Assembly (NCBI GenBank): GCA_000165425.1
Contig: CT868657.1
Coordinates: 62,001 to 126,000 of the forward strand
Source: Paramecium tetraurelia
Taxonomy: Eukaryota
Direction: 5' to 3'
DNA: 64,000 nucleotides
The notes beneath the pieces were generated by a model. It searched no databases. It had not been told where the DNA came from and was given only the letters and a program-made list of their open reading frames with translations. Positions 12,655 through 25,682 of the stretch are shown here, piece after piece (within the stretch, counting starts at the first letter, position 1; each line of letters opens with the position of its first letter). A program made the position numbers and the translations under genes.

Positions 12655-13853
12655 ATGTTAAATAATGAATTAAATTTGTTGGTTAAGAAAGCATACAGGC
12701 ACAATTTATTAAGTACTTTATTTATATCGATTCAGATCCTTTGATATCTCAATTCAGGAAATAAATGACAATCAATTCCAGATACTCATCTCGTAAAAAA
12801 AACAAGAAGGAAACGATCAGATAGGCATCAACTATAAATCCAATCTAATAAATGAACAGCATTGATTAATTAACAGGGAGGAGTAGTTCAAAATTAACAA
12901 GCTCTATGTTAATTGTTAAATAGGAAAGAAGAAATACAGCATCGCCAACGAAAATTATGCGTATTCTATCCCTTTGTTAGGATGAAAACATGTAATAATT
13001 GGCTGATGTTTTGGGAGAAATCAGTAGAATAGAATTAGAAACTGATCTCAAATAAAAGAGTTAAACCTTGTTATTGAGAAATATCAGAATTAATAAACAA
13101 CAATTCATCAAGTTTTTAGAAAGAACCTATCCGATAATCATTTGCCAATAAATTGCTAAGGCATTTAAAGTTCCTCAAGTCATGAGTGTTCAAGAATATA
13201 AATAGATGATCGAAAAATTGGAAAATTTAGATCTGAAATCTTAGATTCGACTATGCTTTCTCATTTACGATTATAACAATTAGGGATACATTACTACTCA
13301 TGATTTAGTTGAAATACTTAAATATAACAATAATTAAGCAGTCGAAAAGGATTTACTACATATGATCAAATCAACGAAAACTTAAATATCAAACTAAATC
13401 AATAATGACATTTAGTAAAACCATCCCCTAGTTCTCCCAACAAGTTTACTTAGAGTCAAATTAGATAGAAGTGTCATTATAAATTAGAGAAGACAGTCAA
13501 TAATATCATATGATGGAAGAGGTCGTTGTATTAGTAGAATTAGCCAAAAGAACTCTCCTGATTTAAGTGTAGAACTTGATTAAGATAATATTTAATAAAC
13601 TAAGAATACAACAGCAATGAAAAAAGTGTTATTAATAACATAAATTCATAAAATGGAATCAAATACTAATTCTACAAATAATTTAATTCAAGGATTAAAA
13701 AATTATAAAGCGGAGGACTAAAAAAAAAAGAATAAAACTGTTAAGGATGAAAATAAAATTAGTACAGACTTGAGTGGATTTATTAATATATGGTTTCCAA
13801 ATAAGCCAAATATATTTTATGATATTATAAGAACTTTAACTGAAAAGAGTTGA
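12655..13853 (+). CDS. EF-hand-containing protein (calcineurin-B/recoverin-like loop)
   Basis: RLCFLIYDYNNQGYITTHDLVEIL; intron near 12713. Confidence 0.65.
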
Positions 13854-14249
13854 TTAATTCATTTATTCGATTATGATCATTCTTATTTTTTTTAAACACT
13901 TTACAAGCAATATGTTTCCCTGATTCATTAATGGTTTATTGAAATACATATTCTAACATATAAATGTCATAAGGATATTGTAGTATTTTGTAAAGACAAA
14001 AGTGAATGACCAATTGAATTGTATGTTTACATTATTCAATATTTATATAATTCTCTAAATTATTGAAGATTTGTGGAAATTATATAAATATTGAATTTAT
14101 TTTTTAATATTTTATTTTTGATTAAAATCATGAGATCAAGTTGAAATCATTTAGAAGTATGTTATGAAAACATCAGAAACTTGAATGATTCTTGATTTTA
14201 ATCTAGAAATTTTGATTGGACTAATATATTTAACTAAAATTCATTATTA

Positions 14250-15812
14250 TCATAAATCTTATTGCTGACTTTTAGAATAAATTTTCCTTGAATTCGACTA
14301 AACAGATATTTCATTTTTGCTGGAGTTAGAAATTCCTAATTCTTATTCTAATTCATTCAGAGATACTTCTTATTTCTAATCAATCTCTAAAATTAAATAA
14401 AGATCAGGTACACTCTTTATTTTCATCTTCATTTTCATCATCCATATCAGGATAAAATGAAAAAGGAACATCGTGAAAGTGAATTCCTGGAGCATTCTCA
14501 ATATGGGACAAATACTCATAGACCGTAGACACTATTTTGTTTAAATCTTCAGATTTATTTCTATTTTCCACATTCTATTTTATGGGAAAATGCAATAAAT
14601 AGTCAGGCGAGTAATAATCATAATAAATATCATTTGATGGTATTGCCTAAATACTAATAGTTAAGTTACTTAATCAATTTATTGACCTAGAGCAATTCCT
14701 GTTTCATACGCCCAGCATCTTGAAACATTTTATATTGTGTATCCTCCACCACCAAGTAGAATCATAGGAATTCCAAATGATTTCATGTATTCCACACAAG
14801 CACCATGACCTCTAAATTAAAAATGAATTGATGATTTACTTAATTGATAAATTGAATCCTCCTAGCTTATCTAATGATAAAGAATCAGCCCCACATTACA
14901 TAACAATACAATCTGGTCTATAAACTTGCATAACTCTGCTTGTAATTTTTTTGAACATCTCTATATATGGTTGATCGGACATTCCAGGTTTCATTGGCAC
15001 ATTGACTGAATAGTATCTACCAACTCCTACTCCAACAGAATTTAATTGCCCTGTTCCTGGATAGAAATCATCCCCATATTAATGAAATGATAGTGTCATC
15101 ACCCTATTGGTTAAATAGAATGCCTCTTCTACTCCGTCTCCGTGATGACAATCAATATCCACGTATAATACTCTCACATATACTCTTAGCAATTCTAAAA
15201 TGCATAAGACGATGTCATTTATATAGCAAAATCCACTTGCTTCTTTCTTTTTGGCATGATGCAATCCGCCAGACCAATTAATTGCAATGTCAGCCTAGCC
15301 AGTTAGAATAGAATGGGCACAATCTATACTGGCTCCTGAACTTAATTAACAATAAGAAAACAATCCAGAGAAGGTTGGATTATCAGGTGAATCACCTACT
15401 TTGAATTCAGAATTTTCAGTCTTTACTTTTTATTATTGACTCCATTTAATTATCAATTTGAATTCTTCCAATAGATTTTCGGGTATTACAGATTCATTAT
15501 TGGCTGAGCAATACTCTTTAACAAAATTTATCTTATTTTAACTCATGAATTAGCTTAGATAAATGATATAATCAGGATCATGAAATTTTCCAATTTCTTA
15601 TAGTTAAGCTTCCCGTATTAAATAAACATCCATCTATCGAAATAGGCTTAATTTATAATGGTTAATAACTACCCATAATTGACGATCAGATTATGCGCCA
15701 TAATGATTCTCTTTGGCTTCATTGGATGCTCTTTGCCATATTGAAATTTTCCGATAAATCGATTATAAAAGTAAGCCACTCTTCTGCTAGAATCTGAATC
15801 AGTCTATATCAT
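14250..15812 (-). CDS. Class I histone deacetylase (RPD3/HDAC1-3 family)
   Basis: [61 protein letters not shown]. Confidence 0.95.
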
Positions 15813-16053
15813 TAATTAAAATAATTTATTATTAATAATAATATCTATAATCTTGGCTTTAATTCGCATATCTAATTGCGTAATAGGAACAAATCATGAT
15901 TTAATAATATATCCGATGTTACATTCTTAATAATATTAAAATAGAAAACATTAGAAAAAGCATTTATATCTTGATTAAAATTTAAAAGATATCTATTTTT
16001 AAAATTGTCATAAAAAAAATTGAAAACAACAAACTTTTAATCAACTTTGCATT

Positions 16054-16984
16054 TCATTATTTACAATTGCTTTTTTCGAGATGTTCATAAGATATTCTAA
16101 AGATATTAAATGATTTTACCAATTTCCAAATAATTTATGATGCTCATTCCTTTGATGTAAGTTTTCTTGAAATCTGCTTGATTCTTTAGAATATCAATCT
16201 CTTTTTACTTTGAATCTAAGATGGCTTATTGAATTTTCTCTGAAATACTCAATTGCTATTGCTTTTACCTAGTTAGCATGATTCTATCTTGAACTTTAGG
16301 AGTGCTGATGATTGGATCCGAACTCTTCCTATTTAGAATGGTATTAACTTCTGATTTGCCTGAATCTGAATATGTATCCGTCTTGATTGTCACAATATTT
16401 TATGGTTACTAAAAAGAACTATTAAAAGTGGACCCGGTTTCGATATTGCTGTTTGATTTATTGTTCATTATCAAGTCTACTATATCAATATTTGTATCTT
16501 CTCCTAAACATTTTTCTTTTATCTGCTCTAGAATTATTGTGGAGGCCATGTTGGTTTCTTGACTGCCTAACATTTTGAATTTTCTATTTTCTGGAGCATA
16601 CAAGTCAACTTTAGGTTATGGTTTTACTAGTTTTTATTCAATGATTTTGGTTTATTGCATCTTTTAGACTGCAGATATCTCGTTTTGGTTTTGAATTACT
16701 GAAATAAATGCTTTAAATGGGATTGAATTGAGGCATTGTATGACATAATTTCCAACTTTGGTGAACTAATAAACAAATGTTTGATTTTCATATAGAGGAG
16801 GTGTTTCAATTTCTTCTTCATTTTCTTGTTGATCAGTTTATGAAATTGCCAAAATAAAATATCTGTCTTAACAATAGATTTAACTGTTAGATTAAATTTT
16901 GAGAACTTTGATAGTTAGAACATTGTCGAGTGAGATTATTGATGATTAAGGAATAAATTAGAAATTTTTGATTTCTAATAACAT
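16054..16984 (-). CDS. Protein with N-terminal cupredoxin/plastocyanin-like domain
   Basis: MLLEIKNFQFIPQSSII...ETPPLYENQTFVYQFTKVGNYVIQCLNSIPFKAFISV; 23 nt intron near the 3' end. Confidence 0.6.
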
Positions 16985-17000
16985 TAAATTAAATATATAA

Positions 17001-18274
17001 TCAATTCTTGAATTGAGGTGATTCTGACGGAAACAAACTCTTTTAGCAATTTAAACCCTTCTTTAATAATTAAGTAAACTACGAAGTCTTGTCTGGAATT
17101 CTGACCACTTGTTAATCCTTCATAATCACCTAATCTTCATCAATTGAATTATTGGTTTCGCATGTTTGGAACAGGTTTTCTTGAAAGTTATTAATAAATT
17201 GGTTTTGTTATTAAATCTTATTGAGTTCCTTCATTTCATAAAAATCTTCCTTGTTTTAGAATGATATATATAACGATAAGTAGTTTTACAAAGATTGTTA
17301 TAATTGCTTACATAACAAATGATTTTGTTGAGTAAAGTTATCATGCAACTATTTGAACTGATGCATGACAATATCTTATTAATTTAACTACTAAACAAAG
17401 ATGGAGTGTTCCTTGAATCTTTTCTGATAGATCAACATAATTTCATTGAATGGACCCATAGCCATATATTCTATAATGTTGAACTCATTTGAAAGGATGT
17501 CTTACTCCATCTTCTTTAAAGATTCAATGGTAGAACGTATTTGATATTATTCAGCATTGATACACTTTTCAATATGTTTCAGCACTTCACTCTAATCACT
17601 AAGTGTTTAATTCATACCTTTAATTATAGTAATGGCTAAATGGTTTGGTCGAATACTCTCTCAATACTTTGTTGCATATCTGAGATACTTATGTTCTCCA
17701 AACTCTACTTGGTTTAGGTAATCAATTATTTAAACTACGATATCTATTCATGTCTGATCTCCTTGTCTCTTAATTCAGGACTCTGAGTACTCTAATAAGG
17801 AGGTTAATTCAAGTTATACTGTGTAAGTTGATAATGATATGGTCTTGAGTTTTGGAGACGGATGTATTGTCTAATTCAATGAGTTATATTGATTAGTGTT
17901 CATCCTTTTTTCTTCATTGCCTTCCTTTTAATGATCTTCCATAGTGTTGAAATTCAGTTTCACTCCTGCATAGCAATTCTATTATGCTAATATTGGATTA
18001 GTTCTATTTTATATTTTCATTAATGATTTCAGTATTTAACTTTCTTCATATTAATATCTAATGTACAATTATGCAGTTTCTAATCTGAAGCCTATGTTGA
18101 AATGTTTTTCTTTGGTTGGTTTGGTGTTTAATGTTGCATCTCATTTAACAGGGATCGGTTTGAGTATGAATTTTTTTCCAAAGAGGACGTCTTTTACTTA
18201 CTCTTGTTCAAATATGAAAATTTTTAATTGTGAGTTGCTTTCATGTTTTCTTTCATTAATGGACTCTTCCGCAT
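17001..18274 (-). CDS. Hypothetical protein
   Basis: MRKSPLMKENMK... open to TGA at 17001; no family recognised. Confidence 0.65.
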
Positions 18275-18314
18275 TAAATTATATATTTTTAACAACTTTT
18301 TTTATTAATTAATT

Positions 18315-19572
18315 ATGTAATAAGAAATTTATAAAGATAGAACAGCAGCAAATGAAAATACTTAATAAATCAAAGCAGCAGAAACATTATAATCCCTAGT
18401 ACAATATGTGAATGATCTCACTGAAATCGTTAATGAAGTCAAACTCAAGAATCAGGCAGAGTTTATTCTTGCATATTAAAGTCATATGAAAAAAATTAAG
18501 GCTGAATTAGAAGAATTAAAATACAAAACTGAAGAACAAAAAAATAGTATGGTCTTAAATAAAGTTAAAGCAATTTCAAATGACAACGAATTGGTAAATT
18601 GTCATGTTCATTTAGACACTGTTTCGATAAGAATGTCTTAAATTATACGAAAAAATAGAGTAAAAAAATAAAGAAATTTAAGAACTCAAATTCACATTAC
18701 AAGAATCCAAAAAGACAAATGAGTTTCTTGAATCCTAAATTAAAGGGTTGATGAAAAAACTCAAATTGCAAGAAATCGAGAGATAACAATAACCAACACC
18801 TTCAGTAGATTAAATCTTTTGTACTACTGCTCCTACTAATCATTTTAGTAATCAATTCAATTATTTCAAGAGGTCCTTAAAAGGAAATTAACAGACTATT
18901 AATCAAAATTAGACATATCTTCATCATTAACAAAACATCATTATGCTTCTATTAGAGAATTATTTGATTCTGAATATAATTAGAAGGATGAAGAATTAAT
19001 AGAAAAAATATCCAAGTATTTTATTGCATAATTTTATAAGATATGTTAGTTAGATAGAACAGAAATACTAAAAGTAAATATAAGCATTGAATTAAAAAGC
19101 TAATAATCTATTAATTTCTCAAAACAAGAAAAGTGTCATTCGAAGTGATCTTGAATCATTCTTTTTAGATTGTGTAGAGACTGTCAGAAGAGATATTTTA
19201 AAGAAAAAAAGACCCTTTGGAACTAATTAATAGTTGCAGGCTTCAATGGAACATATTTCCGATTTTTCTCAATTTCATAAAGAGGACAAATTAAAAATAC
19301 TGGAACTTGTAGTTAGTAATGAAAAAATATTAGTCTTCTTGTACTAAAAATTATTCCCTAATCATGTTAATTTAGTCATAAAATCGATCAGAGAAGATGT
19401 CCATATCAATAACTTCTTAGATGAAAGTGTTAAGTGTGACTCTTCAAATAAAAATCATAGATCTGGAGATTACAAAACAGATTTCCCAAAAACAACTAGG
19501 GAAGTTCGTTCAGCTTCATTGAATAAATAATTGGAAGTCAAAAAAGGGAAACTATTATTTAAATAATATTGA
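18315..19572 (+). CDS. Coiled-coil protein resembling basal body orientation factor 1 (BBOF1/CCDC176-like)
   Basis: RSDLESFFLDCVETVRRDI and FHKEDKLKILELVVS recall the BBOF1 C-terminal motifs. Confidence 0.55.
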
Positions 19573-19602
19573 TTGATTATATATTAATTATCTATATTAC
19601 AA

Positions 19603-21802
19603 TCATAATTTATGCCTTCTGTTAATATGGATTTGTAATTCCATTTAAGTCTTAAATTTTCTACCACAATTGGGTTACATACATGAGTAACCTTCCTCTG
19701 GAATATTATTGATAATTTAATTGATCAACTGTCTTGTATTATTAAGTTCATTGTTTTCCTTTGCTTGTAGAACTTAATCACATACATTTCCAAATGATGA
19801 GACTGCTGTTTCAATTTTTTTTGCATATTCCTAATTTAAATTTGAGTCCAATAATAAGATTAAGCACTTTAACCCAAGATTGGCAATATCATTTTCGTTA
19901 GTTGTGCAATCATTCAAAACTTAGGTTATATAATCGATTATATTCATATTTTCCTTTTTTCTAAAAAATACTGAAAATTCTTACTTAAAGTCTTAATCTT
20001 ATAACAGATTTAGTATCACTCCTAGACAATAATATACAACTTCTCTTGAATTAGAATCTAATAATACAATAACACCTTCTGAGATTCTTGATTTCATAAT
20101 TTATTTGATTAAATCCTTCTATCTTGATAAATTTGATAACACTCTTAAACCATCACAACAAATTTCTTGATCTTCATTTTAAATGATGAAATGTCCAAGA
20201 GTGGTTATCAACTCAAATTTAACATTTTTGTATTCAAAATCATTTAAAAAGGTTTGTTTCTCATAAAATGTTAAATTGGATAAGCAACTTAAGGTACAAG
20301 AAATGATTTCCTTATTTTAAATTAAAGTTTACTTATTGTTTAGAAATGGCAGTATTCTTTTGCAACAATTTTAATAATTTTGATATTAATACTCTATATT
20401 CAGTTGAATAATTCTTTAAGATATCCAATCCGATTTATTCTATGGTCAATATATTTTGCTATTAATCTTATGATTCTGATGAGAGCATCAATATCTTTTT
20501 CCTATTAAATAAATAATTAAATATTACTCTGATTATAATATTTAGAAATCCCAGGCTGCTCTACTTTATGAAAATTAATCGATTTGATTCAATTATTATG
20601 GACTTATTTCTTTTGTCCAAAAATAATCAAAGCATTTGAGGATGTCACCAAATTGATTAAATTTATAATAAATTAATTATCTAATTCCTTCAAAGTATGT
20701 TGTCATATTGGCTAATAAAAAGGAAGCTCTGATGATGATGTAAATATTGGTTTAATATGTTTTAAAGAAACTTGAAATATTTTGCATAGCCTCAGTGCTT
20801 TATAAGAAGTATTCACAACATTCCTTACTCAATGACATCTTTGACATAATTCTTAACGTATTTAAAATCAACTCATAATTGTTGCTATAGCTAACCATAC
20901 TAATGACCAACTTTTTAATAATTCCATTCTGAAGATACATCTCTACACTATTATTTTCGTTCGCCAAGTTTCTCAGAGTGGCAGTTATTGTAGTATATAA
21001 ATTCAGTAAGTCTTTCTCATAGGTTTGATCAAATGGGAATGAATGCAAATGATTATCTATTAATTATATATAAGCGGGTTATAATAATTTTTGTGCTTCC
21101 TTTTTGTTATTGGCTATATTCTTGATGATAATGAAAATTAAATTGAGATATGGTAATTATTAGGACGTAGTTGCTTGGTCCTTTGGTAATTGAGTAAAGA
21201 GTTTCAAAATTCGAAACAAAACAAAACTCAATGAATTGTCGTTTATTAAATTCAAGAATACATTCTCATTACTCAATTATGCAGTCTTCTATAAAATGGC
21301 TAAGAATTATTAAGGTTGATAAAGCAATGAGGGCAATTATTCTTGAATTTTGGATCCGCTCTTTGGTCTTCTTAGGAGTGGTTTAGCTTATTTTTAAAAT
21401 AATAGCTCTAATAAATTTAAGGTAGTGAATCCAAACAATGCTGCTTTGATTGCATATAATCTAACTTGCAGATCGTTAAAGTCTATTAATTAAATACTCT
21501 ATTTTAAAATTGATTCCTTGCCCTAATCATTGCATTCTGTGTTTTAGGTCCAATCTTTAAAAAAGACGAAACATTTTTATATCCATTCTAACTTACTTAG
21601 ATTAATTGATTTAATAAATATACTTCTCTTATTAAATATTATCGACTAGCCAATTTATATTTACAGGTTGAATATCAATTTTTGAACTTTAAGGTCTTGA
21701 ATCAAGTTGTTTATTGAGTGTGATTTTTGGTGGTAATCCAATCTTTTGTGAAGGTCGATTTAATGTTATTTTGGTGAGGGTCAATTTCTTTTCGGGGTTC
21801 AT
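19603..21802 (-). CDS. Armadillo-repeat protein (ARMC2-like) with C-terminal C2H2 zinc finger
   Basis: ITATLRNLAN, NTLRIMSKMS, IIRASFLLANMTT, GLRVLSNLSR; ends YSCMQPNCGRKFKTQMELQIHINRRH. Confidence 0.75.
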
Positions 21803-21907
21803 GAATTCGAAAAATTGTATATAATTAAATACAGAATTATTACAATAAATACAACTGCTTAATGAAATATTATGAATGCATTGGAAATAAATTAGATTAT
21901 AAAATCA

Positions 21908-22711
21908 TCATTAATTAAGGGGAGTATTCTAAAGATTCTCTTCTACTTTTTTTCTTTTGACTTCAGGCCCATCTTAAATAATTACACATTTTGTAATCTC
22001 TTCAAGAGGTTCCTCGTTTGAAATGGATTATTTAAATTTCTTTTTGCTACTGGTTATTTGTTCTGCCTATTCTTTATAGCCAATTATGCTCGTCATTTGA
22101 TCTAGAAAGCAATGGAGTAGACTTTGGAATTCCTTCTATTCTCGAGTCTTATGAATTTGAAACAACTATTAACCTAGATTCATTTTAACAATCGACAACA
22201 ATTCATTATTCGATATTTTATTCAACTATTGCACAATCTATATATATATACACCAACAATTACATCTTCCATCTAATAGTCCTTTCTCATTAAATCATTC
22301 AATTTAATTACAAGACTCTTAAGCACATGCCCATTCAGATTTTCAAAGCTCGGCAATATGTTTTTATATTATCCAGTCTGAATCTGATTAGCTAATTCGA
22401 TTGCTTCCTTCAATTTCTTAGTTTCTGTCTGAGTTGGCCTATCATTCCATTTTTTCACTTTTTCAAGACGACAATCAGCACTATACTATTATTAAAACAA
22501 ATACTGTGTTCCATCCGCTAAAAAGTTCACCCTGTATGATTAGTTTGTACCTGTCTTCCCATTCGAAATTGACGAGATCTATTTATGATTATTCTATAAT
22601 TTACTTATGCTGGCCACCATGGATCTAAAGCTTAAAAAACTACTTACAGCCTAAGACTTTAGCCCAAACTACTTCGTTTATCTCAAATTTCACATCACAG
22701 CCCTATTACAT
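21908..22711 (-). CDS. PWWP-domain protein (start may lie further upstream, up to ~22795)
   Basis: FEINEVVWAKVLG|YPWWPAQ|I...YRVNF across short introns. Confidence 0.8.
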
Positions 22712-22810
22712 CCCTTCACTTTTCGTTCTGTAAAACAAATAATTAATTACAAGATATTATAGGATTTTTTAAAATTCGTTAATCATCATCATCATAATTA
22801 ATTATTATAT

Positions 22811-23510
22811 ATGCATAATTTTTCAGAAATCAATAGATGTCTCCTCCATTTATTACATTATCCCAATCTGACAAAATAACCCAACTGCATCATGCTCATG
22901 ATCACCTATTATCCTCATTTAACCAACTTTGACAACTAAAATCAGGTCAAGCTTAAACTTTACAATTTTTAGATTATAAAAAGTCCAATCGTCAAAATTT
23001 GAAAAGAATTAAAGTGAGTCATTGAGTCTCCTCCATAGATTTCAATTTGAAGATGAAGTTTTGATTAAAAATAATGAATTAGATAGTCTGATGAAAGACA
23101 ATTTTAATCTCTCAATTCTCATCAAAATTCTCAAAACTACATTTAAATATCATAATGAATTTGATTAAATCAAACAATACAGATAAAGAATAAAAAATGA
23201 GTTACTTATTGAACAAGTTCCATTCGAAATCTTCCTCTGGTAATTAATCTTAAAATAGTAATAATTAAAGTTAACATTCCTTTTTTATAGATTCTTTAAG
23301 GTCTGTTATTAGTTGAAACTCTTAGGTGCATAAAATAGATCTATCACCTCAACAAAAAACAGAAATGTAATATTTACTTCTTTATAAATTGAGAATAAAA
23401 TAGAATAAACTCTAAAGATTTCAACCTTGCAACTAAAACTAATAGAATATAACCATTTAAAAGTAAAAGCCTCAATAAAATTCAAAAAAAAGTTCAATTA
23501 AAACACTTGA
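22811..23510 (+). CDS. Hypothetical or degenerate gene; 5' structure unresolved
   Basis: Long open frame ~22900-23510 with one probable intron, but no clean in-frame ATG found. Confidence 0.3.
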
Positions 23511-23783
23511 ATGTAGTTGTTTATTTTTATAAAAAAATATTGATTAATTTAAATCGTTATTTGTGATTTCATTTTTTATGTGTGTATGAAATTTAAATGA
23601 ATCACTTAGAAATTCCAAAAACCATATGAATATGTAGGTATAAACAATGATATTGATGGAGATCTGATAACATCCAGATTTATATTTGAATCTAATTCAA
23701 TTATCTTATACAAAATTATTTAAACTATATATAGTCTTTTATGATCTGAGAAAATTAATTACATCAAATAAATTTATAATATA

Positions 23784-25223
23784 ATGATGTCCTTAGATAT
23801 TTAAAATGACTACTTAGAATTTGCATCAGTTTTGGATGACAAATACTATATAATTGATACAATTGGATTTGGAAGATATGCAAAGTAAAGTGAATTGAAT
23901 AACAATTTAGAGTAAAGTTGGCAATTGATAAGGAGGATAAACAAAAATACGCCATCAAAATCATGAAAACAGATCCGACTACAAGTTAATGCAGATCTGA
24001 AACATTTATAAATGAAATTTCAACACAAGCTGAATTTGATCATAAACACATAATTAGAATCATATATGTAATAATACTATATCCAACCCTCATAGTGTAG
24101 AATGAATGGAAATTACAAAAAGATTGATGGGAGAGTTCAACAGGTTTCTTATTTTGTAATGGAATTGGCCAATCAAGGAGAATTGTTCTAATTATTAGAA
24201 CAGTCTTAGCAATTTTCTGAAAAATTTGCAAGAAACATTTTTTCACAATTAATAAAAGGTAAAAAGCATCCTTTATTGCTAGCATAGGAATTGAGCATCT
24301 GCATGAACGCGGTGTTGTTCATAGAGACGTGAAAGCTGAAAATATACTATTTAGTAATGGTGTACTAAAACTGGCTGATTTTGGATTTAGCACTAAGACC
24401 ATAGATGAGAAGGGATCCAGAGTCCAATTTGAAATATCTCAGCATATTGGGTCTCCTGAATACAATCCTCCAGAATTATATAATATCGGTAATCAATATG
24501 ATTATTATAATGTAGGAAAATAAAAGTTTTACAATCCAGAACAGGCTGACATCTTTGCTGCTGGTGTAATCTTATTTACAATGGTGATCAGATCTGCTCC
24601 TTTCAAGACTTCAAAATCCACTGATCCTTACTATTCCTTATTAAAAAACAACAAACAATCCTTCTGGAAGATCTATAGTGAGATTGCAGATTCATCTGCT
24701 CAATTTAAAGATCTGATTGAAAAAATGTTGGATGAAAATCCATTAAAACGAATAACCATAGAATAAATTAAACAGCATCCCTGGATGTAAGGTAGTCATT
24801 GGTTTATAATTAAAGAATAAATGCTTGGCTAGACAGACTTTTAAAAAGAACTAAAGAACAGACACGATATGATATTTAGTTAATAAATAGTAAAGATTAC
24901 AAATAAGAGGGATACCAAATTTTCAACTAGAAAATCAATCAAAAAAGTAGAAACAGAAACAATTAGCAAAAGTATCTCAAAATGTTCATATGAGAATCTA
25001 GAATTGATTGACATGGTAATTGGATTCATATATAACATAGATAAACGCTAAGTTATAGATCAAATGGAATTCGCCAAAAGAACAATTTAAATAATAATCA
25101 AATAAGAGTGAAAAATTAAAAGTAGGAATCTAATAAAAATAATAAAATTTACACTGTTCTAGAACAAATCAGGAATCCAAAAGATCAAGTCCTGGATCAC
25201 CCTCGAACGATTCTGACAATTGA
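23784..25223 (+). CDS. Ser/Thr protein kinase (CAMK/CAMKL-like)
   Basis: IGFGRYAK|VKLA, YAIKIM, VMELANQGELF, HRDVKAENIL, KLADFG, GSPEYNPPE, DIFAAGVIL. Confidence 0.9.
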
Positions 25224-25682
25224 TACGAACCAATTATATATATATATATATATTATTATTTAATCATTCAAATCTTTAAAGCTGTAATTTATTATTCTTT
25301 TTGAAAATATTATTTTATTAAGAAAATACGAATCATTTTGAATTCTGTATTTTCTTACAAATTATTTTTTATATAGAGATTTATAAATCTTGGGATCAAC
25401 TTGAAGATTAAAACTTAGTTTAAATGATTATCTTAAGTAAATCTATAACTCTATGATTTGGTTGAGCTTCCTTATTTATAAATAATAACTTTTAATTAAT
25501 TTAAGAAAATTCTATTTAATTTTTCTCCCTCTCCTTTAGAATAGTTATACTGATAATTTGCATTTAATTTCGAGTTAACTTAAATAAATAAGTAAACCAA
25601 ACTGATTAAATGGAGTAAAATTATTAGATTAGATTTCAAGACTTAGATCAATATATATGAATAGGAATAATAATATAGATAA

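Noticed and set aside
25235..25252. (TA)n runs here and at ~27208-27226, considered as IES or transposon scars
   Set aside because: Short TA microsatellites near 3' ends are expected in AT-rich DNA; no inverted repeats seen
25396..25563. About 55-codon minus-strand ORF between the kinase and CAF-1 p60
   Set aside because: With a single stop codon, ORFs this short arise by chance; no motif
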